Program-made: the position numbers and the translations under genes | Notes under the pieces: model-generated | The model's input: the letters and a program-made list of their open reading frames with translations, nothing else | Told to the model about the DNA's origin: nothing | Database searches by the model: none | Shown here: positions 63,215 through 64,000 of the stretch, piece by piece | Layout of the letters: each line of letters begins with the position of its first letter | Numbering within the stretch: the first letter of the stretch is position 1 | Origin: Leucoraja ocellata | Lineage: Eukaryota | DNA: 64,000 bases | Direction of reading: 5' to 3' | Assembly (NCBI GenBank): GCA_036785375.1 | Contig: JAWMAR010000346.1 | Coordinates: forward strand, 1,984,001-2,048,000

Positions 63215-64000
63215 TAACCCAGTGGGTCAGGCAGCATCTTGGCAGAACATGGCTAGGTGACGTTGTGGATCAGAACCATTCTTCGGTCTGAAAAAGTGTC
63301 CCAGCCTGGACCGTTGCCTGTCCAAATTCTCCACTGATGCCACCTGACCTGCGGAGTACTTTGTATCTTTTTTGTAAGCAAGCATCTGCAGTTCCTTGTC
63401 ACTCAAAAATCAAAGGGCACGTTCGACACAGCTCATCTAGTTTATTGAAAAGGAATTAGAATCCCAGATGAAGCAAACAAAAGTAAAATACCTGGCATGG
63501 AGTGGATGATATTTGCTTAACTAATGTAAACTTCATAAGGAGAAGCTCAAGAACTAAAAATTAACCTCAGCAAAGAGTGGTTTTAAATTAAATGGCCCAC
63601 ACAGTGGAATCTGTCTAATAAACCCAGGAGTTCCAGAGGAAGGGAGGAAGAGGGAAAGAGAGAGAGAGAGAGGGAGAGAGAGAGTGAGAGACAAGCTAAA
63701 AAATCTACTGGGTCATATCCCACTTTCTGCCATTTATTCATAGTTTATCCAGTTGAAATATCCGTGATATTTGGTCTCTACCACTCCGTCAGACAATTAA
63801 TTGTAGATTGGGTGAAGGTGTTTTCCCTCAGTTTCCTTCCATTGCATCTGCCTATTATTAACATAAACCTTGTTGTCGACATCTGCCAAGGGAACTCGGT
63901 CTTTCTTTCTTATCCTATATAGACCACTAATTCCTTCTGCCACTTAGAGACGTTAGAGATGTAGCACGGAAACAGGCCCTTCGGCCCACCGAGTCTGTGC

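Overview
Eukaryotic genomic DNA, very likely from a cartilaginous fish (skate/ray-like repeats: V-domain tRNA SINEs, CR1, Rex1, Penelope). It holds the 3' part of a SHISA6 orthologue on the minus strand: a 63-nt exon (31171-31233), a 153-nt exon (8119-8271), the last coding exon (3921-4507, ending in the PDZ ligand EVTV) and a probable ~3 kb 3' UTR. The rest is intron packed with retroelement and MITE fragments, plus one N-gap. Two ribozyme-like signals stand out. First, a ~140-nt non-coding retroposon at 29351-29494 (minus, sense to SHISA6) starts with a compact HDV/CPEB3-type fold and ends in a (GAA)n tail; a Vingi/Ingi-like LINE fragment in the window is a candidate partner. Second, about 20 copies of a minimal hammerhead motif derived from Penelope termini occur, many in short stand-alone or palindromic insertions with target-site duplications. 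All calls come from reading the sequence by eye. Repeat boundaries are approximate and no ribozyme activity has been tested.
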